Origin: Vicugna vicugna
Lineage: Eukaryota
Assembly (NCBI GenBank): GCA_013265495.1
Contig: MU058441.1
Span: 429,721-493,720 of the forward strand
Length of the DNA: 64,000 nucleotides
Reading direction: 5' to 3'
Shown here: piece by piece, positions 1-14,450 of the stretch
Numbering within the stretch: position 1 is the stretch's first letter
How the letters are laid out: every line of letters starts with the position of its first letter
Notes under the pieces: generated by a model
The model's input: the letters and a program-made list of their open reading frames with translations, nothing else
Told to the model about the DNA's origin: nothing
Databases searched by the model: none
Made by a program: the position numbers and the translations under genes

Positions 1-287
1 AAGGGATTCAACTCATCCTAAGACAAAAGCAAATGGCCAGAAAGAGAAAGAAAAATGCCGTACAATATCACCTGTATGTGCAATCTTTAAAAAAGGACAC
101 ACATGAACTTATCTACAAAACAGAAACAGACTCACAGACGTAGAGAACAAACTTACAGTTATCGGGGGGAGACGGGCTGTGAAGGGATAAATTGGTCCCA
201 TGAACTTCTAATTTGGGTAGTCAATGAATTTTATGTAACTTACCTTTCTTATATTTACAGCCATTAAACTCCCTACTAAACATTTTC

Positions 288-673
288 TTTTTTCTTTTTT
301 AACATTTTTTATTGATTTATAATCATTTTACAATGTTGTGTCAAATTCCAGTGTAGAGCACAATTTTTCAGTTATACATGAACATATATGTTCATTATCA
401 CATTTTTTTCTCTGTGAGCTACCATAAGATCTTCTATATATTTCCCTGTGCTATATAGTATAATCTTGTTTATCTATTCTATAATTTTCAAATCCCAGAC
501 TCTCTCTTCACATTCGCTGCCCCCTTGGCAACCACAAGTTTGTATGCTATGTCTGTGAGTCTATTTCTGTTTTGTATTTATGCTTTGTTTGTTTGTTTGT
601 TTTTAGACTCAACATATGAGCGATCTCACATGGTATTTTTCTTTCTCTTTCTGGCTTACTTCACTTAGAATGA
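288..673 (-). mobile_element. Young L1 3'-end fragment with target-site duplication
   Basis: Poly-T plus L1 3'UTR ending ...GGCTTACTTCACTTAGAATGA, flanked by CCCTACTAAACATTTTC (271-287) and CCCTATTAAACATTTTC (674-690). The same 3' end recurs near 32145, 40435 and 51300. Confidence 0.85.
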
Positions 674-1518
674 CCCTATTAAACATTTTCTATTTTCAGT
701 TTATTCATTTGTAAGGTCACAAGTGTATGAACCGTATGAACTAGATACAGTCACACTGAATCTTCATTCACGAGAGGAAGGGCTTATTTCCCCATTTTCA
801 TCATAGTTTCCAAAGTACTTTGATGGGATGATTTCAGTTCTTCTTCCAAGAAGATTGGCTAAACTTCCCTTGAAAATTATACCTTCATCAAGTGTCTGAT
901 GTTCCATTTAGTCACAAATGAGAAAAATATTTTAACATGGCCGCCGTTCTTTGTGGAGAGCTTTGTGGGTGGGAGTCAGCATCATTTAAGGAAAAGACAT
1001 ATATTCCTTTGTCCTTCTGTGCCCCGTCCAGAAAGGCAGGGCCTGTCCAAGCACTTGGAATTGTATCATTTATATCCCATCTCTCCTCTCCTGATAAGAA
1101 GGCTGTGTGCAGAGATGCCTAGAACTAAACTACCTGTTCAGCTTGAGCTAGGATGAAACTTTCTATTTATTTTCCTGTTTCAAGTCAGCTTTCCAGCTTT
1201 CCAGTTTTTCTTATAATCTGACTCTTTGTCCAATGAAGAACAAAACTAAGAAATCAGAACTTGGTTGAAAATGTACACACTAATATTGCATATGTACATT
1301 TTTTCTTTCATGGTCAGTGATGACTGGTAACAATATCCACTTTTTTGTATTTTTATGTAATAAGATTGAAGATGCTTTAATATCTTATTGTATTTGATGT
1401 TCCTAACTATTTTTACTTTAAATATTCAAAATTCATCCAGAAAATATTTCAGTGTTGTCTTTATGCTTGGGGTTCTGCATAAGAATTCATTTGAAAATGA
1501 TTTCTACTGCCTTAAAAG

Positions 1519-2117
1519 TTTAAAACCATTACTTTAGAACATTTCCTTTTTCTGCTATAAAAGTACCATATTCCCATTAAAAATATTTAGGAAATATAAA
1601 CAATTTAAACCATGCCAGCTATGCCGCCTATACATCTATGCACAAGCACCAATAATATGCAGTGTTTCCTTTCTGTTTTTCTAATTTTCTCCCCTGTATA
1701 TGATTTTTAAAATATTTTTATAAGCATATTGTGTAAGAGATTTGGCCATGACCTAATATTATACCACCTGTATTATTTTCACAGTACTATTACATCTCTG
1801 GTAAAGAATATTAACTTTAAAACCATTACTTTAGAATATTTACTTTTTCCACTGTAAAAGTACCATATTCTCATTAAAAATATTTAGGAAATATAAAAGC
1901 GTTAAACCATGCCAGCTATCCCAGCTATACATCTATGCACAAGCACCGATAATATCCGGTGTTTCCTTTCTGTTTTTTTTTTTTTAATTTTCTCCCCTGT
2001 GTATGTTCTAAAAAATATTTTTGTAATAATATTGTGTAAGAAATTTGGCCATGGCTTAATGTTATATCATCTGTATTATTTTCACAGTACTATTACATCT
2101 CTGGTAAAGAATATTAA
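1519..2117. repeat. Tandem duplication, 2 copies of about 297 bp
   Basis: Unit TTTAAAACCATTACTTTAGAA...GGTAAAGAATATTAA at 1519-1815 and 1816-2117, with scattered mismatches. Confidence 0.9.
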
Positions 2118-3299
2118 AAATAGTTTTTCTCACAAAAAATAAAAACCCCCAAACAAAAACAAAAAATCAAATGGAAAGACACCAAGGCACCATCTTCCAT
2201 CAGACTGGTAAAAATCTAATCACAACAGCGGTAATGCAAGTAGGGGACACTCTTGCTGTGTTCCATTCACTGTCCTAAGGTGCTTTAGACACATGTACCC
2301 ACAGGTTTAATAACACACGCTTTTGTGTGTAATAGGATGATAGGGTCATCACAGTCTCGTACATTGCTGGGGGAATGTGACCTGGATAGAACCCCTGTGA
2401 AGGGCAGTTTGGTAATATTTTGTAAGGTCACAAATGTATCAACCCTTTGAACCAGCAGTCATGTGTCTGAGAATTCATTACTCAAATCAACTTGCACACA
2501 GGCAAAATAAGGGGGGCAGAAGGTTAATCATCTCCTCATTGTTCACTTTAGTAAAAGTTTGGGAAAAAAATCAAAATACCCATCAGCAGATGACTGGCTA
2601 CATACAGTAGTGTAAAATCATTCAGTGGAATACTTTGCAGCTTTGAAAAGAGTGAGGAAGTTCTCTGTGCTGATATAGAAAGATTTCCAAGATACAAAGT
2701 AAAAAGGCGAGATTAAGAACAGTGTGTTTAGTATGCCCTCTTTATGTTTTTTATTATTATTATTTTTTAGGAAAGATACTGGGGATTGAACCCAGGACCT
2801 TGTGTATGCTGAGCATGAGCTCTACCATCCAGTTATTACCCTCTCCTAGTATGCTCTCTTCACGTGCACTCATTTTGCTGGCCTGTTCAGGGCAAACTCT
2901 AAAAAGGATTCATGAGAAGAGAATACTATGATCTCCAAAACAGACGTGCATGGGAATTGGAAAGATGGGGACAGGAAGAAAAAGGGTTTTCATTCTGTAC
3001 CTTTCTATTTATTCTAGAAAACTGGAGTGAAACTAGTATATTTATAAGATCTTGGAGACAGTATTATGATCCAATATGACGGGGAACAATTTGCTGTTCA
3101 ATATCTAGAAACGTAAAAATATCCATGACCTTTTCCCCATTCATCCTTCTCCCAGATACCTACTCTCCAGAAAGAGTTTTATAGAAGGGAAGATTTGCAA
3201 AATGGATGTTTTTGAAACACTAAAAATCACTGCCACCAAATGTAATATTCAGAGTGGCTGAGTTAATCATTGTACTCTACGAAATGGAATCAACAAATG

Positions 3300-4150
3300 C
3301 AAACGATGGCTATAAAAACCACATGGCTCTTCCCAACACCCAGATCTTGGTTTCTAAATACTATCCTCGGAGCAGAGAAATCAGGGCTCTTGCAGGAAAT
3401 GGCTGACTCTAGGGCTGGGGCAGAGGAAATACAGAGGAGCCGGGTGCATCTCGTAGTGCCACAAGTAAGGCAGTGCTGGAAAAACAAAAGGATGGAGCAT
3501 GTCATCGGGACACAGGGGCCGAAGCTGAAGGAGCTACCAGTGGCCAAATCCGGAACATGTGAGTAACAAAACAAACACTGTAGTATTGGACTACAACCCA
3601 AAGTATAACACAAGTATACAGACTGATCTAAACAAATGAGTCCATCAATCAATAAATGGGGACAAGAAATCAATGTTCCTTACAGAATTCCAAGGAATTT
3701 ATGAAGATAGCAGCCCTGTCCAGGCAGAGGAGCAGTTTCCTTCACCTCTTTTGAGTGTGGACTGCACTCAGTGAACTCACTCCCAAAGGACAGAGGTAGG
3801 AAAGGGACAAACAGTAACTCCGCTGTACGTGGAGAAGCCTGGCCAACACGGCCTTCACCAAGTGACCGAGGTTCACATCACCAGGAATGTCACGTGGATC
3901 TCAGGCACCACCCCCCTGCCCCATACAATGGGATGGCAAGGGTACATCACCTCTGTGGCATTCTTTCCAGAAACACACAACCCCGTTCTAACTATAGGAA
4001 AAGCATCAGACAAACCCAGTCTGAGGGACACTCTACAAAACACTTGACCAGTACTGCCCCAAACTGTCAAGGTCATGAAAAGTAAGGAACCAGTGAGAAC
4101 CTGTCACAGAGCCTAAGGAGACATAACGACTAAATGCACTGCAGGGCAGC
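3300..4150 (+). mobile_element. Old L1MC-type 3' region
   Basis: AGATCTTGGTTTCTAAATAC...GGAAATGGCTGACTCTAGGGCTGGGGCAG and AAAAGCATCAGACAAACCC...GTCAAGGTCATGAAAA resemble L1MC 3'UTR motifs (recognised from memory). Confidence 0.6.
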
Positions 4151-4284
4151 CAGTATTCGCTTCCTCTTCTCCTTCCTTCATCTTCCCTTTCCCCCAAAAT
4201 ATATCCCCCAGATATATTTTTGTCATCCTTTTTCATTTAATATTGCATTGTAAGCATTTTCCATGTTGCTAATAGGTTTTCTCT

Positions 4285-4398
4285 TTTGAGGGGGGAGGTA
4301 ATTCGGTTTTATTTATTTTAATGGAGGTGCTGGGGATTGAACCCAGGACCTTGTGCGTGCTAGGCACCTACTCTACCACTGAGCTATACCCTCCCCCC
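4285..4398 (-). mobile_element. tRNA-derived SINE (vic-1-like); further minus-strand copies near 2750-2850, 17440-17540, 33815-33945, 43140-43325, 45385-45485, 48165-48342, 50970-51097, 57780-57897
   Basis: Shared core GGGGATTGAACCCAGGACCTTGTGCATGCTARGCA..CTCTACCACTGAGCTATACCC, the reverse complement of a tRNA-Ala-like head. The 33.8 kb copy has TSD AGAATACTGTMATAGTCTCT. Confidence 0.85.
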
Positions 4399-7300
4399 GC
4401 TAATATGATGTCTTAATACACTTTTTGTTGTGGAATCATGTCCGATTTACAGAGAATCTGCAAAGACAGTGGGGAGAGTTTTCCCACTTTCCTCACCCAG
4501 TTTGTTTCTCCCATGTCATCATCCTCCTTTACTGTGGTCCATTTGTCTGCACTAAGAAACCACCCTTTGTGCATTAGTATCAAGTACACTCCAGAATTCA
4601 TTTGGATTTTACCCATTTCCCCATTAATATTCTTTTAAAATTTCAGGATCCGACCCAGGACACTACAGTGCATTTAGTTGTTGGACTGCCAATCTTTGCT
4701 TTTAAAAGGGGTTCTAGATTTTATTTATTTACTTTTTATTTTTTAAGGGGTCTAGGTTTTGAGTCACAGTTAGAAAGGCTTTCATGGTTTCCATTTTTAC
4801 ATTTAACTATTTCATTATTTTGTAATACATCCGGCAGATGGTATGAGGTTTGGAGTGTTTTAAATTTTTTAAAATTTAATAGCTGTAAATTAGTACCTTG
4901 GTGATTTTTCCGCATTTATTTGATGATTGGTGCAGATTGATAAGCAGGGTTTTGCTACTGGTGACTGGCTTGACTGTTCATAGTAGTCATAATATATATG
5001 GCAGTTTGGTGGCAAGTTTGATCAAGTGGACATTTTAAAACACAGCACTCAAAGTTGCACAACACATAGGATTCTTTTCAAGAACACATAGAACCTTTAT
5101 AAAGATGGAGCACACTGGACAGTAAAGCAAGTCTCAACAAAATTAAAAGATTGCAATCGGGCAAGCCATAGTTTGACTACTGTGAGCAATGAAGCCAGGC
5201 ACCAATAGCAAAAACCCACTTAAGAAGACAGCTCAGATGAGTAATTTTCTTAAATGCCAATGGACTAAATTCTGCAATCAAAAGACATGGCGTGGTAGAT
5301 TGGATAGTAAAACAAGAGCATATATATACATATATATACATACATATATATATAATCTGAATCACTATGCTGTGCACCAGAAACTGACACAACATTGTAA
5401 ATCACCTATACTTCAATTTAAAAAGGAGGCGAGGAAGAGGTTAGTAAAGGTTATACACTTTCAGTTATAAGAGGAATAACGTCTGAAGATCTAATGCACA
5501 ACATGGTGACTATAGTTGATAATACTGCATTGTATAGTTGAAATTTGCTAAGAAAGTAGAACTTAAGTGTTTGCATCAAAAATACATAGATAAATGGTAA
5601 ATACGTAAGATGATGGATGTGTTAATTAACTCAATTGTGAGAATCATTTCACAATGTATACGTATATATACTGTCACAGTGTACACTTCAAATATATTAC
5701 AATTTTACTTGTCAATCATACTTCAATAAAGCTGAAGAAAAAAATTTGGGAGCCAAAGCACTCTTACAGGGATTAGCCACTTTCATACCCTCTGATATAT
5801 CTTATTCTGCACAACATGTTTAACAGTCTCTCATTTGTTTACTAAATATGGCATGCTCAATATTTTTCTTCACGCCAAAACAGTCCAAGTCCTCTGGAGA
5901 AAATGTAGATAATTTGGATAAACAAAAAGAAGAAAAAAGAATATAAAAATCATCCAAAATTCTACCACCCAGAGATGTTACCTTTCGTACATTTCCTTTC
6001 TGTGTAACAGGGAGGAGACCTGCAGTGCTTACTCCTCCTTCTAAAGGAATTTCCCCTCTTATAGCCCCTGCTGCAAATGCTGCTTTAGTTTATACCGTGT
6101 AACCCCATCCCACAGGTCACTGGGATTAGACGCCGTGCCTGTATTAGCCAGGGTTTAGTCAGGAAAGCAGACAACACCCTGGGTTTTTCAAAGCAAATAA
6201 AGGAAATTGGTTACACAGGAAATGGAAAAGCTGAGAGCCCAAACACAGGATGGCAAGGCAACTGGAGGTTAGCAACAGCCAGAAGCAGCTGCTGCCCTAG
6301 GGCTGAAGGGATAACCGGAGAAGGAGGTTTGATCTGAGCACAGAGGTTGGGGCCAGTTGGAAGGAGGCAGAACCAAGGAGGGAAATTTCCAGGGAGCTGG
6401 AACAATAGAGGAAGAGTCTGTTGTGGGGGCAACAGCAGAATTCATAGAAGAGAGGCAGCCACAGTCAAGGACCTCATAGGAAGAGAGTAAGAGGGGGAAA
6501 TACCCTAGTCTTTCCTCTTCAGTTCTCCAATCATCCGCCATCCTCTTCTATTGGCCACACTTACACAGAAGCCTCTAGACTAAGGAGCCTGGGGAATGAT
6601 GGGGGAGCAGGTGGGGGAGGGGAGGGGTGAGCACAACTAGGCAACTGGCCAGCAACTGTCTAAGAGCAGCCAATCCACTGGCTAGCCATACAACATCGCC
6701 TATGTAGTATTCTTACCAAAAAGGTTTAAGCTGAACCCAATCATGAGGAAATAATCAGGAAATCCAACTTGAAAGACACTGTGCCAAAACAACTGGCCTA
6801 GAGTCTCCAAAAAGTCAATGTCATAAAAGATGAAAAGTGGCCAGAGAACTTGTCTAAACTCAAGGACGTGAGGGAGACAATGACAGCTAATTTCTGTGTG
6901 TGATCATAACTTGAATACTGGATCCCCAAGAATCATATATAAAGGACATTATTGGGGCAATTGTGGAAATATGAGTATGGTAGTAAATTAGATTATAGTT
7001 GTCTATAATTGTGAACTTCTTGGCTGTGATCATTTGATTGTGGTTATGTAAGAGAATGTCCTTGTTCTCAGGAGATATATACTAAAGTATTTAAAGGCAA
7101 AAACATCATGATGTCTTCATTAACTGCATACATATACTCAGAGAGAAAGTGTGGTAAAGCAAATGTAGAAAATGTTAGAATTGGTAACTCTAAGTGAAGC
7201 GTCTATAGGCATTCGGTATATTATTTATGCAACTATTCTGAAAGCTTAACGTTTTTCAAAGTAAAAACTTGAGAAAAATATACTAGGCTTTGACCACTGG

Positions 7301-8801
7301 CATGAGGTAAAGAGATGAACGGAACCAAACAGTTCTTAAGAATCCTTTAGATTCTTAAGAACCCCAGATGTGAGGGATGCACCCCAAACTTTGTTCCCTT
7401 CAAAATAGGGGACCAGGATCTCAGGGGAGAGTAGCTGGGGTAAGTGGGGAGGAAAGTGTCCCCTGTTTTCAGGAGAGACATGGCGGTTGGGGGGAGGTTT
7501 GGAGGTGCGTGCTGGGGTGGGGTTGGGCTTTGTCAGTCTTGAAACTGGGGGGATGATTGGAGAGGCTTTCTCCTATGCCCCTAAACTGCAGTCCCCCAGA
7601 TGGAAACCAAAGACAGACCAGAGGGCCCCCCAACGTCCCCAGCCGTTAGTATAGTGTTTGATTTCTGTTTCACCCCCACAAAGGCTTTGCCGAGGATGGG
7701 AGCTGGGGGCAGCTGTTCGGTTTGGGGGTTATGGAGGGTGGTGTGAGGAGCAGGAGGCCTTGGCAGGATTTGATACAGGACAGATAAGGGTCTCGACCGA
7801 GGGGGTCCGGCATCCCCTGGGGCCTAAAAAGACTGCTTACACCACCATCTTAGATTTGTCTGATTGCTAAGAGTTTTGGGGGGTGTGTCGAGAGGGGGGG
7901 CGGTAAAGGGTGGGATGGGAGGTGGGAGGATAACTTTTGAATTTTAGGAGATATAATTTTGATTTGCGGAAGGGATTTTGACCCTTGGATTTCGCTTTCT
8001 GGTGGGGGGTGTATTTTAAAAATCAAGTCCTGGACAGGAGAGAAAGGCTGAGGGAAGGCCTAGGGTGGGGGTGGGGAGAGGCATGTTTGTCTCAGCTTAA
8101 ACGTGGCTTTCTGGGGTGGGCCCGCCTTCCTGGGCCTGGTGGATGGGCTGATGAGGGATGTCACAGGGGGTGAGACTTGGGTCCTGGGGGGCCGTGGGGA
8201 GTGAGAACAGTGCTGGGGGTTGAATACCTGGCCCCCAGGTCCAGATGGCCCTCTTCCTGGGCCTTGCTGCTCCCCTTTTTCTCTGGCCTCCATTTCCTGC
8301 CTTTGGCCTCCATCTTGTGGCAGGCCCAGGGCCCAGGGCGACTTCCGGCCCCCCTCTCCCAACCATGTTCCGGCCCCACCACCTCTGGACTGCCAACTCC
8401 CAACCCTGCTGTCCTTGGCCTTCTGTCTTTCCTTGCTTTCTCCTGGGTTCTGACCCAGGGAGGGGAGGAACAGGACACAGGAAGCCTTGGGTCCCTGCCC
8501 TTGCTGAGTCCTGAGGCAGTCTGTTGGTCCCCCATAGTCATTCCCTATTTCCTCTGCCTCTGACCCCACCCTAGGGATCCCCTGAGCAGAGTTCCTACAG
8601 GGAAGATGGCTCCAGTCTTATGACACTGCGAGCTCACCCGAGGCCCCTCTCCCTCCAGTTGCCTGCTCAGCTCCCAGCTCTGGTTTCTTGTTTTCCCCAA
8701 CCCTTCTTGGGGCCATGCTTGCCTTTTCAGCCTTCTCTAACTCCCTGCTCTTGGTGGCGGGGGATCTTCACAGCACTGTCCTGTGCTCCCTTCCCCTCAA
8801 C

Positions 8802-8913
8802 CCACCCCAGTCCTGCTCCCGCCCCAGCAGCACACTGTGGTTTGTACGGCACTGTGGCCACGTCCAAACCACACTGTGGTGTTAGAGCGAGGGTGGGGGA
8901 GGCACCGCCGAGG
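8802..8913 (+). ncRNA. MIR497: pre-miR-497 hairpin
   Basis: 5p arm CAGCAGCACACTGTGGTTTGT at 8825-8845 (miR-15/16 family seed AGCAGCA); 3p arm CAAACCACACTGTGGTGTTAGA at 8865-8886; the arms are complementary. Confidence 0.96.
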
Positions 8914-9123
8914 CTTGGCCCGGGAGGCCACCCTGGAGAAGCGACACAAAAAACATCTGGGGCCTTCTCATGAGGTGAAGGGGGGCAGGGGGTGGGAGGT
9001 GTGAACGCCCTGGCAGCTGCCCCTCTGAAATCCCCAGGGTAGTCTCAGGAATCCTGACTGCCAGAGACCCGGGAGTAAGTTCTGCCTCCAAAGAGCAAAG
9101 TGGAGTCTTTGTTGCCCACACCC

Positions 9124-9210
9124 AGCTCCCCTGGCTCTAGCAGCACAGAAATATTGGCACTGGGAAGAGAGTCTGCCAATATTGGCTGTGCTGCTCCAGG
9201 CAGGGTGGTG
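9124..9210 (+). ncRNA. MIR195: pre-miR-195 hairpin
   Basis: 5p arm TAGCAGCACAGAAATATTGGC at 9138-9158; 3p arm CCAATATTGGCTGTGCTGCTCC at 9176-9197; about 300 bp downstream of miR-497, as in the known cluster. Confidence 0.96.
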
Positions 9211-9315
9211 AGAGCTGCCGAGGAGGGGCTGAGCCCCAGGGGGCTAAGGACAGAGGGGAGTGTCCCCTGTCCTCCATCAATGTCAGGCTGAAGACACCAA
9301 GCTAAGAGGGAGATC

Positions 9316-9321
9316 TTTATT
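9316..9321 (-). terminator. Polyadenylation signal of C17orf49
   Basis: TTTATT on + (AATAAA on -), about 200-250 nt after the stop codons and just short of the convergent miR-195 hairpin. Confidence 0.75.
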
Positions 9322-9513
9322 GTCTTCTATATAAAAATGTCCATCGGACGGGGCGGGGGGGTAGTCAAAGGGGTTGGGGCAGATGCTCATACAGGAACAG
9401 CAAGATGGGCGATTCCCGCAGGTTTTCACCCCTCACTCATGCAGGCCCTGCTCATAGTCCCAGGCGATCCACAGGTCCAGGGTGAACAGTGGGAGGGGTC
9501 AGAGGTGAAAGGC

Positions 9514-12004
<2,491 letters not shown>

Positions 12005-12354
12005 GGCTCCGCGCTCCTCCTCACGGAGACGCAGCCGCCGCCGCTACCACGAAGCCAAGCCGGGACCACGGAAAGCCCGGCGACCGAACGGCTCCGGCCC
12101 CCGCGCAGGAAGTCCCGCCTCTTTCCGCAGCTGATTGGCTCCAGCTCGATCTCCCGCCGCCTCACCAGCCGCAGCTACTTAGGCCGCCTCCGGGCGCGGA
12201 GAGGAGAGTGGAAGATACCGCCTCACTTCCGGCCCGGCTTTACTTCGCTTCCGTCAGGGGTCGGGACTCCCTGCTTGGAGGCCGAGCTCCAGCCCAGGTG
12301 CCGCCCCCGCCCCCAAGCCAAGCACACACACAAGGCTTAAGAGAGCAGTTTCTC

Positions 12355-12360
12355 TTTATT
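12355..12360 (-). terminator. Polyadenylation signal of RNASEK
   Basis: AATAAA on the minus strand about 230 nt after the stop, followed downstream by a GT-rich tract (TGTGTGTGCTTG). Confidence 0.8.
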
Positions 12361-12588
12361 GTGGAAAAGGACAAGGCGAGGGGGCCAGAGGGACAGGGAA
12401 CGGCCACAACTTCTCTCCATTGAGGACGGGTGCCAGAGGTTGGCGAACAAGGGATTCAGTCTTCCGCCAGGGAAATCCAATCCTCAGAAGGCGCCAGAAT
12501 GGATGGCGGGGAGGGGGGGGAACGACGACCAGGTGGGGAGAGTCTTTAAATAGAGGTGGGGGCAGGAGAGGGGAAACGCGACGGTGCT

Positions 12589-13949
12589 CTAGCGCACCAT
12601 GTATTCCTTGCGCTGATTGAGCCGAAGCTGGCAGAAAAAGAAGCCTCCGAGAAGGAAGTAAATGCCCGCGGCGATGAAACAGTTGTAACCGACTTGCTCG
12701 TAACGGTTGTATATGTTCTGGGGGCCATTCCTAGGGGTGAGGATTAGGCAGAGAAATGTCAGAAACATTAATAGCGGCCGATAGTTACCGAACACTGATT
12801 ATGTGCTGGGTACCATTCTAAACGCTTTTGCGTGTATTGTCTTATTCAATCTTCTCCATAACTCTGAGTTCTTTTACAGCATCCACTTTGCAGAGGTGGA
12901 CGGAGGCACAGAGAAGTCAAATGTAATACCCAAAGAAGCCACATCTAAAGTGGTGGGTTTAGGATGGCCTGAGATCTGACTCCCAAGACCGCTCGTAACT
13001 GTGTGCTAAGAGAGCAGCTCTTCGCACCCAGCTCCCTATCCTCCGGGCCCCAAGCATCCAGCCTCCTGCGGTTCCCCGCCCGTCATTCTGACCACCTCAC
13101 CTGGCCTCTCTACTTACTCAAAATCTTTCTCCGTGAAGGGAACATCCTCAAAAAGCGCAGCGGAGTGGATATTGAAAAAGATTCCGAGCATTATCTGAAA
13201 AAAGGGAAAGCGCAGGTTGTTGAACTCAGGCACCTGACCTGGTCACTGCCTAAACTCCTCCCACTTCGAATGTTGCCACAACATCTATGTTTGGGATTGC
13301 CAGAATGAGCTGGATTAGGGATGGCTGTTGCTGGATTTGGACTCCTGTCACCCAGAATAGGGCGTGAGTGGTGACACAGAGACTTGGCTGGGGCAAGGGC
13401 AAGAATAGTGAGCAACCGAGGAACCCAGATTATCCTCCCTCCAGAGGCGTGATTATCACGGGACAGAGGGGAGGGGTTAGGAGGAATCGGTACTTCTTCA
13501 TATTATTTCTTCCTGGTTTGGGGCGGGTAGAGTCAGGCCCAGCTGCCCACTTCGGGAACAAGCACTCCCTTTCCCCAGTGCCCTCCATTCAGTGCAAGGA
13601 TCTCTCAAGAACCCAGCTCTTCTTCCTCTTACCTTGAGGGTTCTCCAAATTTACCAGCCCAGCTCCTATACCAATCTTCAGTTTTTCCCCCTCCACTGTC
13701 CAACTCCCCATTTCTCAGTTCAGTTCTGTCTCCTTCTCCAGAGGCTAATCAACTATCCCCTCCAGCCTGCCTGCTGCTCTCCGAGGCCTGGAGTCCCCCA
13801 GCCTTCCAGCCCTCCAACACCGGGGCCCTCAGGCCCTTTCCTCTCCTGTTCTCGCCGGGCAGTCCCCTCACCAACATGATCACTCCCCAGGCGCTGAGGA
13901 CGATGCCGCAGGCGGCCAGCTTGGGCCCACAGCACAGAAGCGACGCCAT
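12589..13949 (-). CDS. RNASEK: Ribonuclease kappa / V-ATPase Vo subunit f; 3 exons, 98 aa
   Basis: Exons 13949-13872, 13194-13118, 12730-12589 (297 nt, GT-AG introns). Protein: [98 protein letters not shown]. Confidence 0.96.
12770..13000. mobile_element. MIR SINE in RNASEK intron 2
   Basis: MIR core-like ...CATCCACTTTGCAGAGGTGGACGGAGGCACAGAGAAGTCAAATG...CCCAAAG..ACATCTAAAGTGGT. Confidence 0.65.
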
Positions 13950-14450
13950 GAAGAAGGGAGTCGGGGATCGCCTTGATGTAGGCCGGGTAGGAAGGCGGTG
14001 AGTGGAAGCCCCGACCAGCTGTGGGGAAGCGGGCTGGACTAGGGGGCTCGCTTGGAGGACGGAGAACTGGTAGGGCGGCCGAGGGGGCGTGGCTTCTGGA
14101 CCCAACCGTCGTGCTGTGGGGCGCGCCAAGCAGAGAGCGCTGGGTGGCGCCGGGTCCTCTCGGGACTTCGGCGGGAAAAGGCAGCGTGTCCGAAATCTTA
14201 TCAGGTCCTTCGGAATCCTTATTAACCCATATGTAGCTCGGGTGCGAGTATTGCAGGAGGAAGGGCCTCCGATTTCTTGGTTCCTCCCTCTTCAGGTTTG
14301 AATAGGAGGCTCCATTATATCGCGGGACGGAGTATGGCAAGTCACGTGACGAGGAAGAAGCAGTAGCTCGGCCTCGGGAAAAGGGCTTATCTGTTGCGGA
14401 GCTCCTGGTAACCTTGGCGATGCGCTCTTAGGAGCAGAAGATTGAAGCTA
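13850..14450. promoter_or_regulatory. CpG island promoter of RNASEK with a CLEAR/E-box palindrome
   Basis: CpG-rich region over exon 1 and upstream; perfect GTCACGTGAC at 14341-14350. Confidence 0.75.
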
